DNA of 64,000 nt, from NCBI GenBank assembly GCA_964035575.1, contig OZ037844.1, forward strand, positions 868,001 through 932,000, in the 5' to 3' direction. Below are positions 35,565-45,981 of this stretch, piece after piece. Under the pieces are notes generated by a model that was not told where the DNA came from, made no database searches, and was given only the letters and a program-made list of their open reading frames with translations. Position numbers and translations under genes: made by a program. The stretch's first letter is position 1; each line of letters starts with the position of its first letter. The DNA comes from Rhynchopus sp. YZ270_cl-10 (lineage: Eukaryota).

Positions 35565-36428
35565 CAGGGTTGAAAATCCCGGGCTTCCCCAGCTAGCAAA
35601 ATTAATTCGAAGCCCGGGTTTGTACCCGGGCTTGGTTTTTTTGTGAAAATAATTAAAATACTGGTGTAAAAAATTTTTCTGCAAACCCAGGGTTCAAAAG
35701 AGAATTCCGACCACGAGGGGCTGGCTCGGTCAGCCCAAAAAAATAATTTCCCCCTCCGCAGGGGATATTATAGGTTTTGGGGGTTTTCGCTGAAACTCGG
35801 TCGAGCCGGGTCCCCAACCCAGCTCAAGTTGCCTCCGGCGGAATATGAAAATTCCTCGGTTATCTAATTCAGCACTTCATTGATAGCAATTCGTGCACCA
35901 GGCGCGAATTATCAGTAGCCACAGTACATTTATAACAAAGAAAGTGCGGTCATGGCACCCAAAGCGAAGCCACGGTACGCACCATTTCAAAAAATTGAGC
36001 TTATAATTGCACATTTTTACAGCCAAATTATGTGATGGGAAGGGTGGGTTGCAAACTTGCGCCGCAGGCGCACGGTACGCTACTTTTATTATTTCGCCAT
36101 GATGCATGCTTCCTTTTCCTTCGGCGTTTGACCAATTAAGTCGCGCTCTGGGTGTGGGTAACCCTTGAGTATAGACGTGTGTGTTTTCTTTACTGACTTT
36201 GTTGTTTTCTGTCAACAGAGCTTCGTTTCGGCGACTGACTACCCCGGGCTGCACCCTGAGGCTACACCCCCGGAGTGGGGTGGGGCAGCCCACCCCAGAA
36301 AACTTAAAACCCGGGGAAAACCCAGGCTTAAGCCCGGGTAAACCCGGCCTTCGAACCCGGGCTTGCTCTGCGCAAAATTAATTAAGCCCGGGTTTTCCCG
36401 GGCTTACTGCCCAAGATTTTCACCGCTG
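35565..36428. mobile_element. Non-autonomous hAT-type element, 864 bp
   Basis: TIRs CAGGGTTGAAAATC / GATTTTCACCGCTG (12/14 match). 8-bp TSD GCCGTGTC at 35557-35564 and 36429-36436. Clustered subterminal CCCGGG motifs. Contains a nested inverted copy of the 20690-20890 repeat. Confidence 0.88.
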
Positions 36429-37587
36429 GCCGTGTCGGTTTTTTCTCGTTTTCTTATCGGTGACTCAAGAAATAAAGTGTCACCAAACGCCCAAAAAAAT
36501 TAGCCTATATGCATTTCCGGACTCCGCCCAGTAAAATAAAAAAAAAAAATCGAAAACTTTAGTGGAGTTGAAGTTACATAAAAACCAGACCATGCCTATT
36601 AGGTACTAATACAGGCAAATTCCTTAGCAAAACGGGCCAACTTCCCGCACAAATACTAGTGACAGCGAAAAATTTTCTGCGAGACGAAACCGGCGTTATT
36701 TGAATGATATTGTGAACCCTCATTCCAAAGAAAAAAAATCGAAAACTTTCTTGAAGTTACTTCATGGTGAAACATCTTGGTCATTAGAAGGAAAACCCCG
36801 GTTTACAAGGGAAATCCTTAAGGAAATGGGTGTGGTAAGGGAAAACCTTAAGGAACCTACTGAAAACCACCCCCCTCACGATTTTTCTTCAGAAAACCAC
36901 AGGTGCATAAAAAAAATTGTCTGACCCCGGAATTGAACGATTTTACACCCGATCTTTCAAAATAAATAAAAATCGAAAAAAAAATTTGAGCTAATAATTC
37001 CGAGGATGATTGCGGGCACGCCCGCAAGCGTTTGCGACACCGAGGGTGCAATTTTTCCCTCCGAAAACGCGCTTATATGAATTTCCGGGGCAATCTGAAA
37101 AAATTCCGGGGTCGGACAATTTTTTTAACGAAAAATGGATCACTTAAAAACCAGACCAAAATCGGGCTTTTCTATACGGCTGGGCAGATTTTGGATGATA
37201 TACATTTAGGCAGTTTGCCCTTTCAAAAGGGAAAGGAAAGAGGAAAAAATAAATCAAGAAAAGTTGGTGAGACAACTCTAAGCTATGTGTGCTTAGTCAC
37301 CTTGATCATAAAAACAAAAACAAAAAAAGAAGAAAATAAAATAAAAATGGGGTATGGGTACATCAACGTGTCAATGTTGGAATTTGCCACAATAAAAAGG
37401 ACGAAAATAAACCCTTTTGTGTCAAAACATTTAACAACATGACTTTTTTTTCTCTTTTTTGTTGTTTGTTTTGTTTAGTTTTGTTGCACATTTTCTTTTC
37501 TTCTCTGAGCGCACATTTTCCCCCTTATCCCACACCCCATTTTTTTGTTAGTATCGAAAAAAAAAGGGGGGGGGGAGGAAGGCAAAG

Positions 37588-37618
<31 letters not shown>

Positions 37619-37744
37619 GATACAATTCTTTATAGAGTTGATAAGACGAACCTAAGCTATCTGCTACTTAGTCACCTTAAAAAAAAACTTTTTTTTTTTT
37701 TTTTTCAAAAATTAAAAATCATCCCATCTTATCTTTTTTCAATC

Positions 37745-38728
37745 TTACCAGATGCTGCGGGTATCGCAGAAGAGGAATGTGTCCACAGCGACACTGCTTT
37801 CCTGAGGAAGGTCATCCCAGGTGAAACCGCTTTTAAAACTGCGTTCGCCGACGTTGGAGCTGGACATAAGGCTTGGCGAGCGAACCAGGGAGACCAGCAC
37901 ATCTTGTCCTTGCGGTTCGTGTGTGTTCTGCTCAGTTGGGTTGGAATCGGCGGAGGCCTTACGCATGAAAAGAGGAACTGCATCATCACCATCGTCGCTG
38001 GAGTTGTCGATGCTGCGGTTGGCCTGCGACAGAGCGTCCCAGGAAGGCAAATTCGGGGCACCGTCAGAGTCCCCTGAGGCGTCGTCGGAGGGGACGTTGT
38101 TGCGACGCTTTTTCTCCCCCCTCTCACGACGCTGCTCGCCTTTCGCTCCTGCAGGGCACGGAACGGCCTCCACAGTGGCCACATTGTTCTTCAGGCAGTA
38201 GCTCTTTGCCAACGTCTTATGGTTCTTCCCTTGAGCGTGCGCTGTGTACTGCGCAATGGAGTTGCACACCAAATCGCACACCGGGCACAGACAGGGCTGC
38301 ACAACTGAGTTGCCATCCGGGTATTTGTACCATTTGAGGTCGACAGTGGGTTGTTCCCTTGCTGCGGGGACTTCGGAGACGCGTTCCCATTCTGCCCCGA
38401 TGGTGTTGGTGAAAAATTCGCGAAGCTTCTTCGGTGAAACCCAATGGCAAACATCGAGCCATGAGTCGGAGAAATCTGCGCAGATCTCTAACCAAAGGAG
38501 TGCATCGAGAGGACGGCCTGCCTCGACCTGAGCTACCGCTTTGACTGCCAAGGCGCGGAATGCATCCTCACATTCCAAAACCCGTTCAGGTGCTTCCTCG
38601 CGAACATCCTTCCGAAAGCGCTTCAGAAGCAGACGGGTGCCGAAAAACTCCTCCAGCAACCCAACCTTCTCCTCGGCACTCTTCACCTCGCTCATCTCGG
38701 GGGTGACATCAACAACGAAGTCGGTCAT
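37745..38728 (-). CDS. 327-aa protein with a U1/matrin-type C2H2 zinc finger (probably RNA-binding)
   Basis: ATG-initiated GC-rich ORF. CPVCDLVCNSIAQYTAHAQGKNHK fits C-x2-C-x12-H-x2-G-K-x-H (about 38219-38288). Confidence 0.82.
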   Translation of the reverse strand: MTDFVVDVTPEMSEVKSAEEKVGLLEEFFGTRLLLKRFRKDVREEAPERVLECEDAFRALAVKAVAQVEAGRPLDALLWLEICADFSDSWLDVCHWVSPKKLREFFTNTIGAEWERVSEVPAAREQPTVDLKWYKYPDGNSVVQPCLCPVCDLVCNSIAQYTAHAQGKNHKTLAKSYCLKNNVATVEAVPCPAGAKGEQRRERGEKKRRNNVPSDDASGDSDGAPNLPSWDALSQANRSIDNSSDDGDDAVPLFMRKASADSNPTEQNTHEPQGQDVLVSLVRSPSLMSSSNVGERSFKSGFTWDDLPQESSVAVDTFLFCDTRSIW

Positions 38729-39208
38729 TTTTTTTGAAGGCTTTTAAAAGAACCAAAAGGGGGGTGGAAAAGAGAGAGAGGAGAGAGAGTGAGCGAGGAG
38801 ACAAGAGGAGAGGCAAAGGGGTGCGGGGAAGGAGGGTGTGACTGTAGAAAAATAAAACAGATCAACCTGGGTGGTGATGATGATGAAGGGGGGGTGACCT
38901 CAGGGGGTTGAAAAAAAAAAGTTGAGTTGAAATATACAAAGCCCTTTTTCTCGTGAAACAGCGTACCTTGGGACCACCTAATTATGCAGTCCTACAATCC
39001 ATTTCGTGGTTTCGATATTGTGCTACTCCCGCTTCCGCTCATCAGATGGTGCAGGGGATCATTGCAAAAAACACGGAGACGCGAATCCTGTGATGTAGGG
39101 TCCGGTTGGGGGTCTTCTGCCCGTTTCGCAGTATGGGAGAAAGCTATAGTGGAGCACAAACCCTGAGTCGCTAATTTAAAGAAATAGTGAGTTTTGAAGC
39201 GAGAAAAA

Positions 39209-39445
39209 AATTTTGTTTGATTATAGACTACTGTCGCTAGATAGCAGCCACGATTTTTCTTCACAGGATCCTTAAAAGTGAGCAAATAGAAGGAGTACGC
39301 TTTGCAGGAGGTGTCAGAATCCTTTTTTGTAACTTATTACGCATGTTGATTCCAGACTACTATCACTAGATAGCAGGCACATTTATATTTCTTCACAGAA
39401 TCCTTAAAAGAGAGCAAACAGAAGGAGTACGCTTTGCAGTAGGAG
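39209..39445 (+). repeat. Two tandem copies of a ~100-bp repeat also found at 17741-17810
   Basis: GATTATAGACTACTRTCRCTAGATAGCAGCCACG..TTCTTCACAGGATCCTTAAAAG occurs three times. Confidence 0.8.
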
Positions 39446-40471
39446 GGAAGAGAGAAAAAAAAAAGATTGAGGGTGTCAATAAGGGAATACCGTTCGTTAA
39501 GGCGTGTTATGTCAGGTGAGTGTGTGTGTGGGGGGATTTTTCTTTTTCTTTTTCTTTTTCTGGGGGGGACAATTGTTTTATGAAAACGAACCAACAAAAC
39601 ACCCCTCTTGTATTCGTCCCTCCACCAGTAATTCGTTTTTGTATTTTCCTATGTCACATTGGTTTTGGTTTTGCCATTTTTTAGTTTCTTTCGAAAAAAG
39701 AAAAACTGTGTTCTTCTCCTCGCTATTGTAAACCCAAGAAAGATTCTCTCTTTTTTGGGGTGTTAAAAAAGACTTAAAATATTTCCCCCCCCCTTCCCCT
39801 GGTTCCCATTTTAAATCACCGCCCATACCACTGTGTATCCTCTTCCCAACCCGCTAATTGTCAAATAGCAGGAAGAGGCGAGGTACCCTTTTTGTTCATC
39901 CCACCCCACCCCTCCCGGAGTGTTGTACAGAGAAAAGGTTGGTAAGATCATATAGGCCTTGCTCAGTCACCTTTAAAAAAAACAAAAAAAAACAAAAAAA
40001 AAACAAAAAAAAACAAAAAAAAAACAAAAAAGCGCACCAACCAAGTAGGTAGGCCTGCAGTTAGAATGATGGCACGATGAATCCCAAAGGGGAGAGGGGA
40101 GAGGGGAGAGGGGAGAGGGGAGAGGGGAGAGGGGAGAGGGGGGGGGTCCGGAAAGATAAAAAGACCAGTCTTTATTCTTTGCTCAAAGTCAAACAAGTTT
40201 GTGTTGAAGAGAAAAAGCCCCCCCCCCTAACCAAAAACAAACCCGATGTGAAGTAAAACGTACGGGGGAGGAGAAACACACCGACTAGGGAATCAAAAAT
40301 TGAAAATCCTGATGAAGGAGGTGTTGTTTATTCCCGGTCCCCTTCCAACCTTACCGTAAGTAAGTGGTAGAAAATATCAAAAAGTGAGAGGAATTGTCGC
40401 TATTATTTTTATGTCTTTTTATCCGAACCCCCCAATCCGCAGCAAAGCTGCTCAAACAAGTTTGATTGTGA

Positions 40472-40580
40472 AGAGGGGAGAGGGGAGAGGGGAGAGGGGA
40501 GAGGGGAGAGGGGAGAGGGGAGAGGGGAGAGGGGAGAGGGGAGAGGGGAGAGGGGAGAGGGAGAGGGAGAGGGGAGAGGG
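40472..40580. repeat. (GAGGGGA)n purine heptamer tract (second tract at 40088-40146)
   Basis: Direct reading; G4-competent on +. Confidence 0.95.
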
Positions 40581-40935
40581 AAGAAAAGTTTATAAGATGA
40601 CCCTAAGCCTCTCGTGCTTAGTCACCTTTGCTTGAATAAAATAAGGGAAAGCGTTTCCCGTAAGGTGTGAGAGGGGGTTTTTTTTTTTTTTGCAAGATGG
40701 TTCTGTGCGTCACAGTGTCACAGTGCTTTAGTCATCAAGAAAGAGAAAGTTGAGAGTGCAAAAACGCCTCATCGCTCATGGGGCGCAGGCACTAAAACAA
40801 GAATTTTTTTTGAGAAGATGAATGAATTGCATTCTGCACATCTTTGCGCTATCGTTATCATGTGTGCTGGAAAAGCTTTGAGCTTTGAAATGTGGCTGTC
40901 TCTTTAGGAGCAGAGACAATTGTTTAGGTTAAGGT

Positions 40936-41044
40936 CCACCTGATTATTTACCCCGCGTATAGGCGTGTACAGGCCCGGAGAGGCCAAACCCCACCCATTT
41001 TTCCCAGCCTTTACGCGCCTAGACGCGGCGTAAAAATCAGGTGG
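40936..41044. mobile_element. 109-bp MITE with ~30-bp TIRs and a 5-bp TSD AAGGT
   Basis: CCACCTGATTATTTACCCCGCGTATAGGCG ... CGCCTAGACGCGGCGTAAAAATCAGGTGG. AAGGT at 40931-40935 and 41045-41049. Confidence 0.8.
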
Positions 41045-42284
41045 AAGGTACGGAAAAAGAAAAGAAAATGGAAGTGGGAAACGCCTCACAGTTCATCAGC
41101 GGACGTAGACACTGGGGGGGAAAAGGGGAGGTTGGCAAGATGGGCTTCAGAGAGCTCGCTTAGTCACGGAAGAAAAACAAAAAAGGGAAAATTTGAGAAT
41201 ATCATTATTTTGAAAAATTGTAAATTTTTTTTTTTGAAAAAAAAAAAAAGAGTTGAAAAAGTGCAAAATGCCTCACACAGTGTTCGCGGATCGCTGGCTC
41301 ATTTGGTTTTCCGAGGGTTGATTGAACCCTCAGAGAGCATTTTATTGGCACATCGGTTACCATGATGGTGCATAATTTGGAGAGAAAAAAAAAAAAACAA
41401 AAACAGATCGTGTCACGAGGTGGTGACAAAGTGTTCGTAACAAGGGGGTTTTGGGGAATTACTTCAGTCAATAAGAAAGGGTTCGGGTAACGGGTGGCTG
41501 GTAATGGTAGTGTGTGTGTGTGCGTTGGGGATGGGGATTGGGGTAATAGAATGTACATAATGTCTGTTGGCAGACACCTGTAATTGTTATAGTGTGTAAG
41601 AAATTCAAGAACACCACAAGGAAAGATTTGTGAGTATTTTATTTTTTTCGTTGAACGCAGCCAAAAAAATAGTGTATATTCTGTGGGGGGTGAAATGAAG
41701 TTTCACGCCATTTTCGTAAAAAGAGAGAGAGAAGTTGTAAGAGCAAACGCCTCACCGTTCATAGGCGGACGCAGACACTGGTGGGCGTAAAAAAAAAAAA
41801 AAGAAAATAAAAGAAATAAGATGACCGTCTTGGTCACTTCGTACCTAAAGATACCTGTAATGGATGAATGCACCTCGCTTGGTCACACCCTGATGTTTCA
41901 AGAAAAAACGAGAGCAGCTTACTCTCTGTTATTGTATCACGCTGTGTACTGCACCCCCCTATTTTTCTGGGGAAATAAAAAAGGTTTCCCCGAGGGGTTT
42001 ACAGAAATCAAAAAAGTCTCTCTCTCTTTGCAAGACTCTGTTTTTTTTTTGTCCTTCTCAAAGAAACCCGTAGTTATTGATACAGGCACCTCCTACTGAC
42101 CCATTCGTACGATGTCAGCCATCCGGATAAAAGCACAAGAAAATAAAAAAAAAAAGTCACCTTGAGATAAGAAATTTTGAGTAGATTAATGTCCACACAT
42201 CTCTGCAAAAAAAACAAAAAATGAAGTAAAACGTTGAAGAGAAAAAACACCTTTTTGTTACGTCTTTCATCCTCATTTCTCTTG

Positions 42285-43007
42285 TCACAACGGCGATGCA
42301 GGGTCGATATGCAAAACACTACCCCCGTCACCCCCAGGCTGCATCCATGATATAACCCCAAGCTCTATGGGCATGTTGTTTCTCTTTTGGCATTCTTCGG
42401 AAAAGATTTGCTCTGCATGAGCTTTCTTTGTCACATATGTGTCATTGATGCGGACGAGACGTGAGCCGAGGGGACACCCTGCGACAGCTTCGTCATCAAC
42501 AGAAAGTGAAAGAATGCGCTGCAAATTATCAAGCTTAAGAATCGCAGCATCTCCCGGGGTGAAAGCAAAGCTTATGTCCGTAAGGTGCGCACCAGCTTCA
42601 CGCCATTCACATCGCGTCAATTTGCAGCATAATTTGCGATGTTTTTCTTTCATGAAGGCAAATAGAGTTACAATATGGGCAAGACGGCACCCTTCACACA
42701 CCGACGCCACTACAGGGTCCTCCTGCATAAGAATCGCGGTAACAAATTGTTCGAGGCTTTCGTCTGCCTGCAGGTATTCTGCATTGTCAAACGCACTGCG
42801 GAGCAAGGCGATGACACCTCCCAGATGCTCTGCGGTTTCGTCCAAAGGCTTGCCCGATCGGAAGGCCTTGAAGCGGGTCGACACAGCAGCGGAAAGCTCG
42901 GGTGGCATAGCCTCGTGGAATGCAGAGGGGAGCAGTGCAGTTATCCAGTCGCATCGGTCAGCCTTCTTCAAAAACAGCCGCAAGATGCTTTGTGTATGAC
43001 GGACTTG
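42285..43007 (-). CDS. Predicted last exon (5) of the RNF213-like gene; ends in a PDZ-like segment
   Basis: Acceptor CCCTTTCACAG|CAAGTC at 43008/43007, phase 0, then 240 codons to TGA. ILSLSVDDEAVAGCPLGSRLVRINDTYV resembles a PDZ C-terminal half. Confidence 0.72.
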   Translation of the reverse strand, partial: QVRHTQSILRLFLKKADRCDWITALLPSAFHEAMPPELSAAVSTRFKAFRSGKPLDETAEHLGGVIALLRSAFDNAEYLQADESLEQFVTAILMQEDPVVASVCEGCRLAHIVTLFAFMKEKHRKLCCKLTRCEWREAGAHLTDISFAFTPGDAAILKLDNLQRILSLSVDDEAVAGCPLGSRLVRINDTYVTKKAHAEQIFSEECQKRNNMPIELGVISWMQPGGDGGSVLHIDPASPL

Positions 43008-43365
43008 CTGTGAAAGGGAGAAGGGTAAAGATATTGTGAGAATACACTTTCCAAATAAAAACCCTGGGGTTTTACAATACAAAACAGAGTAAATGAGAGA
43101 AGTTCGGGGAATTGTACTGAGCTTTCTTTTGACGACGTTGTGGACCAAGAGTTTGTGGAAGCGCTTGAAATAGCCGCTTCGCCTTCACCTTTAAGTCTCG
43201 CGAGAGAGCAGGGAAATGGTCAGTGGGGGGAAGAGGGGAGGGAAAATGAAGGATGAGGAACGTAAAAGTGATTAAGATATTCTTTTCAATCGAAAGATGG
43301 AGTTTGGTCCACCAGCGTTGTCTCCTCTTTTTTTCGTCTTTATTTTGTATCGGTAAAAGGAAAAC

Positions 43366-43536
43366 CTCGAGTGTCTTCTTGCATACCACAGATTTGTGCA
43401 TGACAGACTCTGGTATGGGGACCACTGAGCCCGAGAGAGGCCACTTCTGTACAAGAGCGTCGTAGAGACGCAGCTTGGGGTCTGAGAGCTCACTGGAGGA
43501 GAACACTTCGAGTAGTGCAGCAAGGCAGCCGGTGAC
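43366..43536 (-). CDS. Predicted exon 4 of the RNF213-like gene
   Basis: CCACAG|GTCACC acceptor and GAG|GTTTTC donor; 57 codons, phase 0/0. The donor position is the least certain. Confidence 0.62.
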
Positions 43537-44925
43537 CTGTGGATGGTGTGTGGGGCGTTGTTGTTTTGTGTTGTTTTGTTTGGTTGTTGGTGTAGTGTAG
43601 TTGTTTCTGTTGTGCAATCACCACTTTGTTTTTCTTGAAATTTTGGTTGTATTAGTGTAGACTGAGGATGATCCACTTTGTTTCAAAGAGCAAAATGAGA
43701 AGCAAAAACCAAAAAACCAAAAAAAAAAAAAAAAAAAAGGTGGAAACGGGCAGGCTTTGCGCTAACTTCTGTCCTTTGTCCCGGGATTTTTGGATATTTT
43801 TGTGGTGCGTTTTTTTTTTTGCAAACCGGGGTTTCCTTAAGAAAACCAGAGAATCTCATATTTCATAGTAAGGGTACTTTAGTGTGTTTTCACACACACA
43901 TGTGACCCCACCGTGGAGAGCAATCGCCTCGCGCGATCAAAAGAAAGCAGAGAAAAGGGAAAAGAAAAAAAGAAAAAGTTGGGTACCGTGCGCCTGCGGC
44001 GCTACCTGTTCCCTACCCTCCTTTATGTTTAAACACGATGTACTTATGTACAGTGTTCATTTTATTTTGAGTACGACTCCACATCCCCCCTGAGGATGAT
44101 CCCCCCTCCCTCACGGATAAAGATTGATTAGGACGCCATGGGGCACACCCCCTCCGAGGCCATAACCGTCCTAGGTTTTCTCACTCTTCTCTGTGGTCAC
44201 TGAAACCCCACCGCCATCACTACATTACCGATAGCTTCTTCAGTACGTTGGGTTTTCAGACCTGAAAATAACCCTTGTTTACGAATATGGGCTCATGTTT
44301 TGTCAAATTTTAAGTCGCTGCATTTTTGTCCATTTTTCCGTATCCCCCACCACAATCCGGGATTGGTTCGGAAATGCAACAAAACGACCACCCAGGTACC
44401 CAGGTCTTGGGCGGGAAAAAGCCACAGGAAATTTACGCACTTTTTGAGACCGGGGTTTCCTTACTAGAACCAGAGGAATCTCATAGTTCAGAGTAAGAGT
44501 ACTTTAGAGTGTTTTTGCGCACACATGTGACCCCACCGTGGAGAGCAATCGGCTCGTGCAATCAAAAGAAAGCAGAAAAAGGGAAAAATAAAAAGACAAA
44601 AGTTGGGTACCGTGCGCCTGCGGCGCTACCTGTTCCCAGTCAAAACACCACAATTTCATCTGAATTTGGGTTTTCAGACTGAAAATGCCCCTGTTTAAGA
44701 GTATGGGTTCATGTTTTGTGAAAATCGAAGTCACTAAAACTTTGTCCATTTTTCCGAATATGCCCCACCACAGCCTGGGATTGGCTCGGAAATGCCACAA
44801 AACACTGTTTTTTTCACCCCCCTGACGTAACCCTATTTGAGGTGCGTTTTTTTGGTCCCGGAACACGATTTTCCAGATTTTAGCGCGAAGCCTGGAAACG
44901 GGTTTGGTAGGGGAGGGTGATATAC

Positions 44926-45018
44926 CTGGCGCTCAGTGAACATCTTCGCTGCGAGTTCGATGTCTTCTCTCCAGTTGCCTGGGGGTGCCTCTGAGTGGTG
45001 CTCGGGTGCCTCGGCAAT
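44926..45018 (-). CDS. Predicted exon 3 of the RNF213-like gene
   Basis: TTTCAG|ATTGCC acceptor and CAG|GTATAT donor; 31 codons (IAEAPEHH...MFTERQ), phase 0/0. Confidence 0.68.
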
Positions 45019-45540
45019 CTGAAATGGGGGGTTTTTTTTGACGAAGATTTGCAACAAAATGATTAAAATATTTTGAAAAGCGAATGGCATTTATCTCTTG
45101 TTTTTTTTTGAAAACTGACCCTGGCAGGGAAGGATATTGGACTTGCACCGTATTTGCAACTAAAAAAAACTCATCTCCCTCCTCTCATCACTTGACTTCT
45201 ACTTGGGAGAGAGGCAAGGAGCCTCGGGGTGGGGGTGGAGTGGGACACATACAGCGACGGTTGCCTTCAGTTCGATGGTGTGGAGACACAAGGGTACATC
45301 GGGTTTTGCGTATGTGAACACCTGCGGGTGGGTATGGTGGGGTTATTTATGAAAATTTGAGCATTTTGACCTCATATGCACACATCGATGGGCGTTGTTC
45401 CGAATGATAGGGGATAACCCACAGTTGATATAAAACGCACATGAAAAGAAAACAGAACAATACTTTTCTGCACACTATTTGCATGGATGGTTTTAACCTC
45501 ACAAATCGTTGTTAATTTTTCAACAAAAAAAAAATGTTAC

Positions 45541-45777
45541 CTTGAAATGCGGAAGCGCCAGTTTTGGGAAGACGAGCCCAGATGCGAACCTGACCTCCCT
45601 GTCTACAGCGTGCCACGCGACCTGACCTTCGCCATTAACGTATCCACGACAGAGCTCTGCCATGTGTGCGATCTGTGTCAGAAGCAGGTCGGGCTTGCTT
45701 GCGTCCAGAAGCAGCGGGTCCACGTCACCCACATCCAAGAGCAGGTAGGAGGCAACAGCGTCGAGGGTCTTGTTGTA
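45541..45777 (-). CDS. Predicted exon 2 of the RNF213-like gene
   Basis: CAACAG|TACAAC acceptor and AAG|GTAACA donor; 79 codons (YNKTLDAVASY...LALPHFK), phase 0/0. Confidence 0.78.
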
Positions 45778-45981
45778 CTGTTGTGTTGTGTTGTTATGAA
45801 AAGGTAGACAGCAATTGTACTTTTTCCTTCCTTCAAAAACTTCACATTTCACTTTTTGTTTTGGGGGTCACATAAGGTGCTAGGTTCTGTGCTATGTACG
45901 AACCTACCTTGTTTCCTTTGCAATACAAGGGGAACCGTTTCGCGAAATTAGGACAATGAAAAAAAAGGAATTTGAGTATAC

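Noticed and set aside
11250..37700. Short F/K-rich ORFs in the repeat desert
   Set aside because: Products of poly-A/T runs, mostly with non-ATG starts and no domains.
45904..45981. C-terminal 25 aa of the 5516-aa ORF as the true end
   Set aside because: It begins at a GT donor, is T-rich, and in-phase exons follow; more likely intron read-through.
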